From contig JBAYHH010000002.1 in assembly GCA_041666265.1 (NCBI GenBank), positions 9,096 to 73,095 on the forward strand: a DNA stretch of 64,000 bases, given 5' to 3'. Position 1 is the stretch's first letter. Every line of letters starts with the position of its first letter. This DNA comes from Candidatus Magasanikiibacteriota bacterium (lineage in GTDB: Bacteria; Patescibacteriota; Patescibacteriia; Magasanikbacterales; GWA2-37-8). The notes under the pieces were generated by a model that was not told the DNA's origin, made no database searches, and saw nothing but the letters and a program-made list of their open reading frames with translations. A program made the translations under genes and the position numbers. Shown here one piece after another: positions 30,602-41,900 of the stretch.

Positions 30602-30676
30602 ATTTTGTGGTGAAGTATTGTGCCACGCTCCTTGTGCTTCGCAGTGTCGCTTTGGCACAATACTTCACCACAAAAT
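30602..30676. repeat. Perfect 24-bp inverted repeat with a structured 27-nt spacer
   Basis: ATTTTGTGGTGAAGTATTGTGCCA ... TGGCACAATACTTCACCACAAAAT. Confidence 0.85.
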
Positions 30677-30678
30677 GA

Positions 30679-31941
30679 TTATCTAAGCTTCCTTTTAGAC
30701 CGATTAAATTTAATCGCGAAACGATGCGCTTCGTCGCGTACCTGAATTAATAATTTAACATTGGCATAAGCCCATTTTTGGATTTTCAGATCGCGATCGC
30801 TAAAAATAATCTCATTGTTTTTTCGTGTTGGTCCTTTGGCAATGCCAATCACCGGGGTCGTTATTTTTGCGAAAGATAAAATCGATTTAACTTTATGCAC
30901 TTGAGGCACACCGCCATCAATCAAAATTATATTCGGCATGGGCCATTCGTCATGGCGAATACGACGAGAAATAACTTCGGCTAAGCAATCGACATCGCTT
31001 TGCCCCACTACAGTTTTGATATTAAATTTCCGATACTCTGATTTTATCGGCCCACTCTCGTCAAACACTACCATGCTCCCCACTTTATCCGTATCGCCCA
31101 AATTGGAAATATCGTAGCCTTCGATGCGGATATGCCCCGTATTTCGACCGAAAAAGTGGAGATCTCTCGCTTCGTTCGGGATGACAGCGTTGGTAAACCC
31201 ACTGTTTAATAGTGCGACATCTTGAATATGACGAAGCGCTTCGATCTGATCGCGCAACCGGCCCGCCTCTTCGAAATCTCCATACTTGGACGCGAGCTTC
31301 ATGCGATTGTTTAATTGATTCAGAAGCGACCGCTTTTTCCCGGACAAAAATAGCACCAACGGTCTAATCACTTTTTGACGATAATCAAGCGCGCTAATCT
31401 CTCCACTGCACACCCCGAGACACTGTCCAATCTGACGATATAGACATGGCCTGCCTTGCTGTGGCTGACAAAATGACACCGAAAATAATTTGCGCAGTAT
31501 TTTTTCAAATTCACGCATTTTTAAATGTGGATAAGGACCAAACAATATATTTGATTTTTGATATTTTATATTTGATTTGATTTCATGCTCACGCACAAAT
31601 TTCACCTGCGGATATTTGTCTTTCGAGATCGCGATGTAATTCCAGCTTTTATCGTCTTTCCAATCAATATTATATTTCGGGCGAAATTTTTTGATTAAAT
31701 TTCCTTCGAGAATTATCGCTTCCAAGGCCGAGTCGGTGGATTGTGTTTTTAAATTTACCACCTCATGAATCATTGCTTCGATCGGACGCACAGTGCGCGG
31801 ACCGGTGAAATAACTGCGCACCCGATCACGCAAACTGGTGGCCTTACCGACATAAATTAATTCACGCTCGGAATTGAAAAACAGATACACACCGGGAGTA
31901 TCTGGTAATTTCTTTAACTTTTTTTCGATAACGCTCTTCAT
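30679..31941 (-). CDS. uvrC: Excinuclease ABC subunit C (short form: GIY-YIG, UVR, RNase H-like; no HhH)
   Basis: PGVYLF...IYVGKA..LRDRVRSYF, FEEAGRLRD, IEGYDISN, IDGG, RDEAHRFAI. Confidence 0.9.
   Translation of the reverse strand: MKSVIEKKLKKLPDTPGVYLFFNSERELIYVGKATSLRDRVRSYFTGPRTVRPIEAMIHEVVNLKTQSTDSALEAIILEGNLIKKFRPKYNIDWKDDKSWNYIAISKDKYPQVKFVREHEIKSNIKYQKSNILFGPYPHLKMREFEKILRKLFSVSFCQPQQGRPCLYRQIGQCLGVCSGEISALDYRQKVIRPLVLFLSGKKRSLLNQLNNRMKLASKYGDFEEAGRLRDQIEALRHIQDVALLNSGFTNAVIPNEARDLHFFGRNTGHIRIEGYDISNLGDTDKVGSMVVFDESGPIKSEYRKFNIKTVVGQSDVDCLAEVISRRIRHDEWPMPNIILIDGGVPQVHKVKSILSFAKITTPVIGIAKGPTRKNNEIIFSDRDLKIQKWAYANVKLLIQVRDEAHRFAIKFNRSKRKLR
31160..31186. repeat. Solo in-frame REP-like unit in uvrC
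   Basis: AGATCTCTCGCTTCGTTCGGGATGACA; peptide VIPNEARDL. Confidence 0.85.
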
Positions 31942-32573
31942 ACGATTTTTAAATCGCCCTGGCGCAATATTCGCGTTTGTCCGGTGACCACACTAATGAT
32001 TGTGCTGGCCGGTCTAATCGGCAAAACACCGGCGTCAACGACGGCATCGGGAGAAATATCTTGTCCGGAAAATTGTTTGGAAATCTCGTCCGGATTATAA
32101 AGCGCCTGCGCTCCGGCAATATTGGCCGAAGTAGAAATAACCGGACGACCCAAGCGCCGACAAATATCCTGAAGAATAGCATGATGAGTGACGCGCACGG
32201 CTAAAGTATTTTCGGTCGAAAGCGCGGACGGCGCCAATCTCTTTATCAAAAATTTTTTCTGATAATTTCCCACTATCGTCAGCGGCAATCGAGCATCCTG
32301 ATCCCAATATTTTCCGGCTAATTTTTTTAACGGCGCGCTCCACGATAAATACTTTTTGGCCATCGAAATACTGTCCACCAAAACCAACACCGGCTTGCCG
32401 CTGGCTCGCCCTTTAATTTTAAAAATTTTATCCACCGCCGTTTGATTGGTGGCATCACAAGAAAATCCATAGCTGGTTTCAGACGGCAAAACCAAAACCT
32501 TGCCTTCGATTAAAGCATTGATGATTTCTTTGATTTGTTCTGCTTTGTAAATCATCATAATCATAGACATCAT
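31938..32573 (-). CDS. tsaC: Threonylcarbamoyl-AMP synthase (TsaC/Sua5/YrdC)
   Basis: PSETSYG, KIKGR, STSANIAG; exact start Met uncertain. Confidence 0.9.
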   Translation of the reverse strand: MMSMIMMIYKAEQIKEIINALIEGKVLVLPSETSYGFSCDATNQTAVDKIFKIKGRASGKPVLVLVDSISMAKKYLSWSAPLKKLAGKYWDQDARLPLTIVGNYQKKFLIKRLAPSALSTENTLAVRVTHHAILQDICRRLGRPVISTSANIAGAQALYNPDEISKQFSGQDISPDAVVDAGVLPIRPASTIISVVTGQTRILRQGDLKIV

Positions 32574-32625
32574 TGAAATTTGTGATTTGAAATTTACTTG
32601 GAATTTGTAATTTAAGATTTGTGAT

Positions 32626-33720
32626 TTAAGTTTTGATCCATTTTAAATATGATTCACAAAGCGGTAAGAGTTCGCCTTCGAGCACGCCCTCGGGATCGCT
32701 GGACTCATACTCGGTGCGATGATCCTTGACCATATGATATGGATGCAAAACATAACTCCTGATCTGGTTGCCCCACTCGGCCGATTTGTATTCCCCGCGT
32801 AGTTCATTGCGTTCTTTGGCAATTTTTTCTTCTTCCAATTTGAGCAGTTTCGCTTTCAAAACCTTCATGGCGGTTTCTTTGTTTTGCTGTTGTGATCGTT
32901 CGTTTTGGCACGATACCGTAATATTGGTCGGAAGGTGAACAATACGCACGGCGCTATAGGTGGTATTCACGCTTTGGCCGCCTTTACCGCCGGACATGAA
33001 AGTATCAATGCGCAGATCCTTGAGATCGATCTCAAATTCCACGCGCTCATCGAGCTCGGGCAAAACCTCAATCAGCGCAAACGAGGTGTGGCGCATTTTT
33101 TCGGCGTCAAATGGAGAAATCCTGACCAAACGATGAGTGCCGCTTTCGGATTTGAGATAGCCATACACATTGCGACCGCTGATTTTAAACATGATGGATT
33201 TATAACCCGCTTCTTGTCCGCGCGACTCGTCAAGAATATCCGTTTTCCAGCTTGCCCCGCCTTGGCGGTGGCGCATCTTTTCGCTGAATCGAAACAACAT
33301 CCGCGTGAGCATCTCGGCCCAATCCTGCGCCTCGGTACCGCCACTGCCGGCATGAATCGCCACGATGGCATTGTTGTTGTCGTATGGCCCATCAAGCAAA
33401 AGAGACAATTCGTAACTTTCAAATTCTTTGGCGAGTTCAACAGATTGTTTTTCGATCTCGGTCGCGAGCGACTCATCGCCTGATGACGCGAGTTCGATCA
33501 GATCATCGACACGCCGGGAAATATTTTCCCATTTGTCCACTTCATTTTTGATATCACTAAAATCCTGCGACACCGTCTGCGCAGTTTTTTGATCGATCCA
33601 AAAATCCGGCGCTGACATCTCGGCTTCGAGTTGCGCCAGTTTGTTTTTTAAGTCGGCGATTTTTAACAACTGCATCGCCGCGATGATTTTGGCTCGCAAT
33701 TCAAATAACATATCCGGCAT
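32626..33720 (-). CDS. prfB: Peptide chain release factor 2
   Basis: GGTEAQDWA, SPF motif, GGQ. Confidence 0.97.
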   Translation of the reverse strand: MPDMLFELRAKIIAAMQLLKIADLKNKLAQLEAEMSAPDFWIDQKTAQTVSQDFSDIKNEVDKWENISRRVDDLIELASSGDESLATEIEKQSVELAKEFESYELSLLLDGPYDNNNAIVAIHAGSGGTEAQDWAEMLTRMLFRFSEKMRHRQGGASWKTDILDESRGQEAGYKSIMFKISGRNVYGYLKSESGTHRLVRISPFDAEKMRHTSFALIEVLPELDERVEFEIDLKDLRIDTFMSGGKGGQSVNTTYSAVRIVHLPTNITVSCQNERSQQQNKETAMKVLKAKLLKLEEEKIAKERNELRGEYKSAEWGNQIRSYVLHPYHMVKDHRTEYESSDPEGVLEGELLPLCESYLKWIKT

Positions 33721-33723
33721 AAA

Positions 33724-34236
33724 TTAAAAAATCTTATCCGCTCCCACGGTTACGAGTAATGTAATCAGGCCGGAAATAATAATACCGCCAAAAACAAAAG
33801 GCCAAGATTTTTTGATGGGGATACCAAAAACAAACGCCGCCAATGCGCCGGTATAAGCGCCGGTGCCAGGCAAAGGCACGCCGATAAAAATCATCAATCC
33901 GATCAGTCCATATTTGGCAAAATCGCCCTCAAATTTTTTTTGCGCGCGCGCGAGCGCCCGGATCCATTTACCGGCAAAATAGCCGGATTTATTTTCAATC
34001 CAGCGATGAAACGGGCCGGCAAAGGCGAGGATTATCGTTGCCGGAATGGTATTGCCAACAATAGACCAGATCAAGGCTTCCCATCCGGGCAAATGATACC
34101 CCAATACCGCCACCGGCAACGCCAAACGCAACTCGCCCACCGGCGTCATCGCCATGAGCATTGTGGCAATCTCGGGTGGAAATTGAGAAAAAAAGTGCAA
34201 AATTGACCCCATCATAAATTTATTTTTAATGACCAA
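33724..34236 (-). CDS. Small multidrug export family membrane protein (COG2426-like)
   Basis: PVGELRLALP, FIGVPLPGTGAYTG. Confidence 0.85.
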   Translation of the reverse strand: MVIKNKFMMGSILHFFSQFPPEIATMLMAMTPVGELRLALPVAVLGYHLPGWEALIWSIVGNTIPATIILAFAGPFHRWIENKSGYFAGKWIRALARAQKKFEGDFAKYGLIGLMIFIGVPLPGTGAYTGALAAFVFGIPIKKSWPFVFGGIIISGLITLLVTVGADKIF

Positions 34237-34249
34237 ACATCACTCCAAA

Positions 34250-35443
34250 CTATAATTGGGTTGGAGAAATAAAATTACCTCGTTCGGAAATATTTTTGGA
34301 AATGATAAAGTATTTTTTTAAACCGATTGATTGCGCCAATTCGGATAAGCGCGCCTCATCGGCAGTAGTGCCGGTGGTTTTGATTTCCAACGCTATTTCT
34401 TTATTTAAAATCGCGTCAATCTCCGCGGTATTACGACGATTGTAAAATCCCAGTTCGCCATACTCCGCCAGTTGATTTACGACTGTATTCTCCAAAAGCT
34501 GCGCGTCGTTCACGCGGCCGATGGCATTTAAAATTCCATTGTCGGTAAAATAAACTTTTTTACCGCCGGCCACGGCGCGGTCAATGCTTTTGGAAAATTT
34601 GGGCAACAGACGAATCAAAAAGGTGCCTTGCAGAAATTCCAAATAATTATAAATTTTGGCGCGGTCGGCGCTTAATTCGGCCGCTAATTTGGTAATATCC
34701 AATCCCGAACCCACTCGCGGCAACAATAAAAGAATCAGATCGCGTAATTCGCGCACATCGCGATAATCAGACAGCACCTTCAAGTCCTTCTCAAAAAACG
34801 ACTTAAAAATATTTTTGAGAATCTCTTGTTTGGTCTCCGCGCCCGCAGTGCTAACCACTTCCGGAAACCCGCCAAATTTCAAATATTCATCGTATTCCGG
34901 CTCCAAACCCTTGGCAGAAATATAATCGGCCGGTCGCAAAATCTTATTCAGATCACGCGCCCGCGCTTCGTCCGCGCCCAATTGCCCGCGAAAATATAAA
35001 AACTCGCGAAACGATAGGGGCGGTAAAATATATAAAAATTTTCGCCCGCTTAAACTTTCCGGAAATAAATTCTTGAGATAATAATTGGACGAGCCGGTAA
35101 TAAAAAACTTGACGCCGTAATGATCAATCAAATATTTCACCACTTTGGTGACTTCCGGATAATTTTGCACTTCATCGATAAACACAAACAACCGTTCGCC
35201 ATCCGGCGTTCCGACCATTTGACGCAAGCGTTCATAAACATTGCGATAATCCGTTTCTTCAAACACTTTGGTGTCAATGGGGTTTTCAAAATCAAACCAC
35301 AATTTGGGCTTATTTTCCAAAGTTTCAGTAAAAACCTGCTTTAACAGCGTAGTTTTACCCACCTGACGCATGCCAGTGATAATTATGGCATTTTTATGCT
35401 CAATTTTGGCTAATATATCGTAAAAAAGCAATCGTTTCAGCAT
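34250..35443 (-). CDS. AAA_14 ATPase with DUF4143-like C-terminal domain
   Basis: GMRQVGKT, FIDEVQ, ITGSS, GGFPE, KVYFTDNG. Confidence 0.9.
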   Translation of the reverse strand: MLKRLLFYDILAKIEHKNAIIITGMRQVGKTTLLKQVFTETLENKPKLWFDFENPIDTKVFEETDYRNVYERLRQMVGTPDGERLFVFIDEVQNYPEVTKVVKYLIDHYGVKFFITGSSNYYLKNLFPESLSGRKFLYILPPLSFREFLYFRGQLGADEARARDLNKILRPADYISAKGLEPEYDEYLKFGGFPEVVSTAGAETKQEILKNIFKSFFEKDLKVLSDYRDVRELRDLILLLLPRVGSGLDITKLAAELSADRAKIYNYLEFLQGTFLIRLLPKFSKSIDRAVAGGKKVYFTDNGILNAIGRVNDAQLLENTVVNQLAEYGELGFYNRRNTAEIDAILNKEIALEIKTTGTTADEARLSELAQSIGLKKYFIISKNISERGNFISPTQL

Positions 35444-35534
35444 ATTTGTAGAAAATTTTATACAAAATTACGCTTATTTGTAGGTATTTTAATACAGATT
35501 GGCATTGGTGTCAAACTGCTTATCCACAAGCACA

Positions 35535-35564
35535 CAAAAAGAACGGGGTGAGCCCGTTCTTTTG
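35535..35564. terminator. Intrinsic terminator downstream of groL
   Basis: AAAAAGAACGGG-GTGAG-CCCGTTCTTTT. Confidence 0.8.
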
Positions 35565-35587
35565 TAATTACGAATAATTTGAGATAA

Positions 35588-35638
35588 AGATCCTTCGCTT
35601 CGCTCAGAGCCTGCCCTGAGCTTGTCGAAGGGATGACA
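35588..35638. repeat. Intergenic REP-like unit with a nested GCCTGCCCTGAGCTTGTCGAAGG module
   Basis: AGATCCTTCGCTTCGCTCAG-[insert]-GATGACA; compare the uninterrupted unit at 63871-63897. Confidence 0.85.
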
Positions 35639-35645
35639 TTTAAAA

Positions 35646-37434
<1,789 letters not shown>

Positions 37435-37436
<2 letters not shown>

Positions 37437-37740
37437 ATTCAATCACCGCCACCACATCACTCTTGTCATCGTCTTTACCGACATACAAAATTTTGTATTC
37501 GACTTCATCTTGGCCACGACCGACTTTGATTTCCTCGCCTCCCCATTTTTTGTATAAAATTTTATCGCCGACTTTGAGACCAAGCGCCTTGACGGCATCG
37601 CCATTTCCCACGGCGACGATCTCGCCCTCGGCTTTCTTTTCTTTGCCGACGGTATCCGGCAAAACAATTCCGGACGCGGTTACTTCCTCCTCTTTTTTGG
37701 GCAACACGAGCACGCGGTCGCCGATCGGTTTGATAGACAT
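37435..37740 (-). CDS. groS: Co-chaperonin GroES
   Basis: IKPIGDRVLV, TASGIVLPD; ATG at 37740. Confidence 0.97.
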
Positions 37741-37863
37741 AGTGAACAATTTTCAATTTTCAATTTTCAATTTCTAAACAATTATTGGATATCTGATTGT
37801 TTAAAAATTGCTAAATTGGAAATTGTTTAATAATTAGAAATTAGTGATTAAAAATTTCGCTTG

Positions 37864-37890
37864 TTATCACTCCCGACTATCGAGTGATAA
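37864..37890. promoter_or_regulatory. CIRCE-like operator TTATCACTC-N9-GAGTGATAA
   Basis: Perfect IR with N9 spacer, one symmetric change from TTAGCACTC-N9-GAGTGCTAA, just downstream of the groS promoter. Confidence 0.85.
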
Positions 37891-37900
37891 CAGTATGACC

Positions 37901-37928
37901 ATTTTACCAAAGTCACATCGTCTGTCAA
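37901..37928 (-). promoter_or_regulatory. groSL promoter TTGACA-16-TAAAAT (extended -10)
   Basis: Consensus-like boxes upstream of the CIRCE. Confidence 0.7.
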
Positions 37929-37969
37929 GGGCCACCCTTGACAATTATCCACAACTCGTTCTAACCATT

Positions 37970-38180
37970 GGTGTGGCTAAATAGAAATGGCTAAAATTAG
38001 CCGAAAATACAAAACCCGACTCCGAAAGCGAACTCTCTTAACCGTCCATATGGAGTTTCGGCTATGCCTGTCCGGTAAGCCAAAACAGATGGCGCGTTGA
38101 GAGCGTCCGCTCTCGATTCCGGGTCTTGGACAGTAATCATATCTCGTTTGCGACAAGCGGTCAACTTTGGCACCCCACCA
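37970..38180 (-). ncRNA. Candidate long-hairpin structured RNA (possibly 6S-like)
   Basis: Nested stems with G-U pairs favouring the minus strand; no credible ORF. Confidence 0.35.
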
Positions 38181-38202
38181 TCCGTCCACTGTTTATCCAC
38201 AC

Positions 38203-38226
38203 AAAAAGCCCGACCATCGGTCGGGC
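38203..38226 (-). terminator. trmD terminator
   Basis: GCCCGACC-GAT-GGTCGGGC-TTTTT on the minus strand. Confidence 0.8.
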
Positions 38227-38235
38227 CCGCCATAT

Positions 38236-38874
38236 TCATGCAGCCTGGCTTTTTCGCCACTCGGCAATTTTTTTATGATCCCCCCGCAACAGCACCTCCG
38301 GCACCTTTTTCCCCAAAAAATTTTCCGGCCGCGTATATAGAGGAGCTTCGGCGGATAATTTACCGGTTTCGTCTTGCAAAGACTCTTGATTGCCAAGCAC
38401 CCCCGGGATTAAACGACTCGCAGCTTCGACGATCGTCAGAGCCGGTAATTCACCGCCTGACAAAACAAAATCCCCCACCGAAACTTTCTCATCGGCCAAA
38501 TCATAAACGCGCTCATCAAATCCCTGGTAACGACCGCAAACCAAAACTAAACGATCGAGCCGAGAAAATTCCCGCGCCATGGTTTGATCAAATTTTTTCC
38601 CGGCCGGATCCAAAATAATTATTTTAGATTTTTTTGCGCCCGATTTGGCCTTAATTTTTTTCAGACAATCGTAAATCGGCTGAACCAAAAGCACCATCCC
38701 CGCTCCTCCCCCATAGGGTGTATCATCTACTTTACGATGTTTATCCTTGGAGTATTCGCGAAAATTGTACGCGTGAATTTTAATATGACCCGCTTGCTGG
38801 GCGCGCCACAAAATACTGTCGGAGCAATAATTGTAAATTATATCCGGAAAAAGCGTTAAAATATCGAAGCGCAT
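38236..38874 (-). CDS. trmD: tRNA (guanine37-N1)-methyltransferase
   Basis: VDDTPYGGGAGMV, CGRYQGFDERV, GDFVLSGGE. Confidence 0.97.
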   Translation of the reverse strand: MRFDILTLFPDIIYNYCSDSILWRAQQAGHIKIHAYNFREYSKDKHRKVDDTPYGGGAGMVLLVQPIYDCLKKIKAKSGAKKSKIIILDPAGKKFDQTMAREFSRLDRLVLVCGRYQGFDERVYDLADEKVSVGDFVLSGGELPALTIVEAASRLIPGVLGNQESLQDETGKLSAEAPLYTRPENFLGKKVPEVLLRGDHKKIAEWRKSQAA

Positions 38875-38945
38875 ATATTTATGAATACAAAACCACCCGG
38901 CGATTATATCACAGGGTGGTCGATTTGTCCATGTTCTCGTGAGAC

Positions 38946-41900
38946 CTACTTCAATTCCACACTAAATCCAAAACTGTTTTCAGCGAGCAATTCTTTGGTT
39001 GTCCAATCATAGGCGCGGATACGAACAGCGTAGTCGCCGGCTGGCAAACTGGCGGACAAAGATTGAGAAAAAGTTAGAGAATCGACTTCGCCCGCGTTCA
39101 TCACCCACTTGCCGGTTTTGGTCTGAACGGCTTTGCCGCTCGGACCGATGAGTTCGCGCACCATCTTCACCGTATGCTTTGCATCGGTCGAATTAATATA
39201 ACTATATTTAACCTTAAACGAAGCCGGCATTTTGACATTGGTCTTGATCTTGGCCCATACTCCGGCATCAAACGCGATGTCGGTCGCGCCGGTCATCTCG
39301 CCCAAGCTAAAATATTTATTTTTCTTTTTCTCCACTGTGATACTAAAACTGTTTTGGTCGATTGCTTTGTTCTTGGCATCATAGATGGTGATTTTTACAG
39401 TGTAATCGCCAGCGGGTAAATTACTCGGCACGGCTTCATTGATTTTACCGGTGAAAGCCTCGCCTTTTTTGAGCGACTTATTGGCAACAGCCGACTTCAC
39501 CACTTTATTTTTACTATTCACCAACTGACGAACCACTTTCACCTTGGCTACTTTGCCGGTGGTGTTGGTGTAAGTATAGGTGAGTTTAAACGCGGCTCCG
39601 GGCTGGAAAGAATTTGAATTAAGATAGCCTATCGCTATATTAGAATCCGGGTTTAGAGCAACGGTAGAAACAGCTGGCTCAGTGGAACCCGACGAACTGC
39701 TTACAGCCGGAGCATTGGGCGCGTTATAGGTAACCGTCACGGATTGCACCGCGGTTTCACCGCCGGTAGCCGATCGAAATTTCACATAAATTTTCTTGAC
39801 TCCGGATGATTCAGATAAGACAAAGTTCTTATTGGCGCCATAAGTAAGCCAAGCCGATCCAACAAAACTGGCATTTTCCGATATTGCCACATAATCGGCT
39901 CCGGTGGCGCTTAAATTTAGATTTATTTCCCTGGTAGACACTGTAGTCGGTCCGTTGATAGATGCCGGGATATTGCCCAATACGGGCGCTATCGATGTAG
40001 TAATCGAACCACCGCCGCTACTGCCGGAACTGCTGGAATTGGTGGTGGCTGAAACAGCATCGGATTTTGATCCCTCGCCATTGCTATTTACCGCTGAAAC
40101 CTTATATGAATAACTGGTAGCTGCGGTCAGGCCGGAGTCGCTATAACTATTCGTGCTGGGACTACCGATTGCAGTCGTGTAACTATCGGTGTTGCGATAT
40201 ACATTATATGATGTGGCGCCGGAGACAGCCGTCCATGACAAACTCATGGTACTCGCGGAAGCGGCGGTAGCGGATAAACCTGATGGCACACCCAGCGACA
40301 CAGCAGAGGCGGTGGCGCGATCAGAATTCGGACCCTCGCCAACATCATTGATGCCAGCCACTTTATAATACCAAGTAGCGCCACCGGTTAAACCGGTATG
40401 ATTGTATGAAGCGACAGTAGTCGTGGCCAACAAAGTGCTGGTGGGAAACGCTGAAATATCAGTCGTAGTGGCATAAACCGCGTAATAAGTAACGGTCGCA
40501 ATCGGCGCCGACCAGCTTAAATTAATTTGTCCGGGTGTGGTAGTGGCCAATGTTAATCCGGAAGGCGCATCCGGACCGCCGATTACCGGAGCAAAATCTG
40601 TAAAGTGGTCAGTTTGCACCGTCACTTTATGATTGACGGTATCGATAGTCGCCGCCATTGGTTCCCACTGACCGGAGGTTTCATCAAAATACGCAAATTG
40701 TAAACTGGATTCCGGAACCTTTAACTCTGTCAGATCATCGGCATTTAAGGTTATCGACAAAGTGGCATTACTACTCAATGAACTCACTGCTTGACCGGAG
40801 CTATGTTGCGCGGCAATGCTAACAGTGGAATTTTTTAAAGCCGTAGCATTGGGAGCATTGCGCGGAGTGGTTGAAACCATTGAAACCGTGACTATGGAAC
40901 TGTTGGCGCCCAAAGCATTGGCTGGCAAATCCAGAGTAGTATTGGCGTTGGAAATCTGCCCGCCGGAAGTATCGGTGATGCTTTGCATGGTCGGCGCCGG
41001 AGCGCTCCATCCGCTACGAGCGGTCAATGCGATATTTACTGTGGCGCTATCCGCGACTACGGTAGAAGTACCGGATGATCGCTCATATCCCGGACCCTCC
41101 GCATACACCGTCCAAGTGCCATTATCGACATTCAAAGTATAATTGCCATTGTCATCGGTGGGGGCGCCGGACCATACTTCACCAACCGATTTTTTAGCCG
41201 AAACCCAAGCATTGCTCACTGCCGATCCGCCACTGGTAATTTGACCGGAAATTGACGACGCTGTGGTTACCAAAGTAAAATTATTGCCCGTGCTGCTAAC
41301 AGCGGCGACCGTAACATTGACATCACCTTCGCTAGCAATGTAAACCGGTGTTTTAACGCCCAAACGATAAGTACCATTAGCGGGTATATGCAAAGTATAA
41401 TTTCCGGAGGCATCAGTCAAAGCTGAAAAAAATCTCGGGCTACCCAAACGACTGGCCCAAACATTGATATTCTGCACCCCGACTGCGCTCAAACTAACAG
41501 TGCCGCTGATGGTTATTAGCTCCACACTGGCTTGGGCATTACCACTAACCACCACAGTCTCGTCCGCCACCACAGTTACCACTTCACTCTCAATGATCGG
41601 ACCGGTCACAGGAGAACCGGCGTTAACCACATAAATACCGGCCGGCACTCGAATATTGGCATATTTTGATGTTCCGCTTGCCGTCCAAGAATCAGTGCCG
41701 TTACCATGTCCGGTACTGGTATTAAACACACCGGCAAATAACTGACTTAAATTTGACGAATTATCGATATTAATTCTCACTGTGCCAAAACCACCGCTAA
41801 ATACCCAGTTTTTACCGGTAGCATTACCGGCAGTAACATCAATTGATTGGGGAGACAGTCCACCGGTATCCGGAGACCAGCCACCTACTTCATAAGTACC

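Noticed and set aside
30679-31941. UvrC GIY-YIG domain as the mobiliser of the REP-like elements
   Set aside because: It is an ordinary UvrC architecture, not a stand-alone REP-flanked nuclease.
34250-35443. AAA_14/DUF4143 ATPase as a defence system
   Set aside because: A common solitary gene in CPR genomes, with no partner genes adjacent.
37945-38201. oriC at the paired DnaA boxes
   Set aside because: Only two boxes, no dnaA/dnaN nearby and no evident unwinding element or strand switch.
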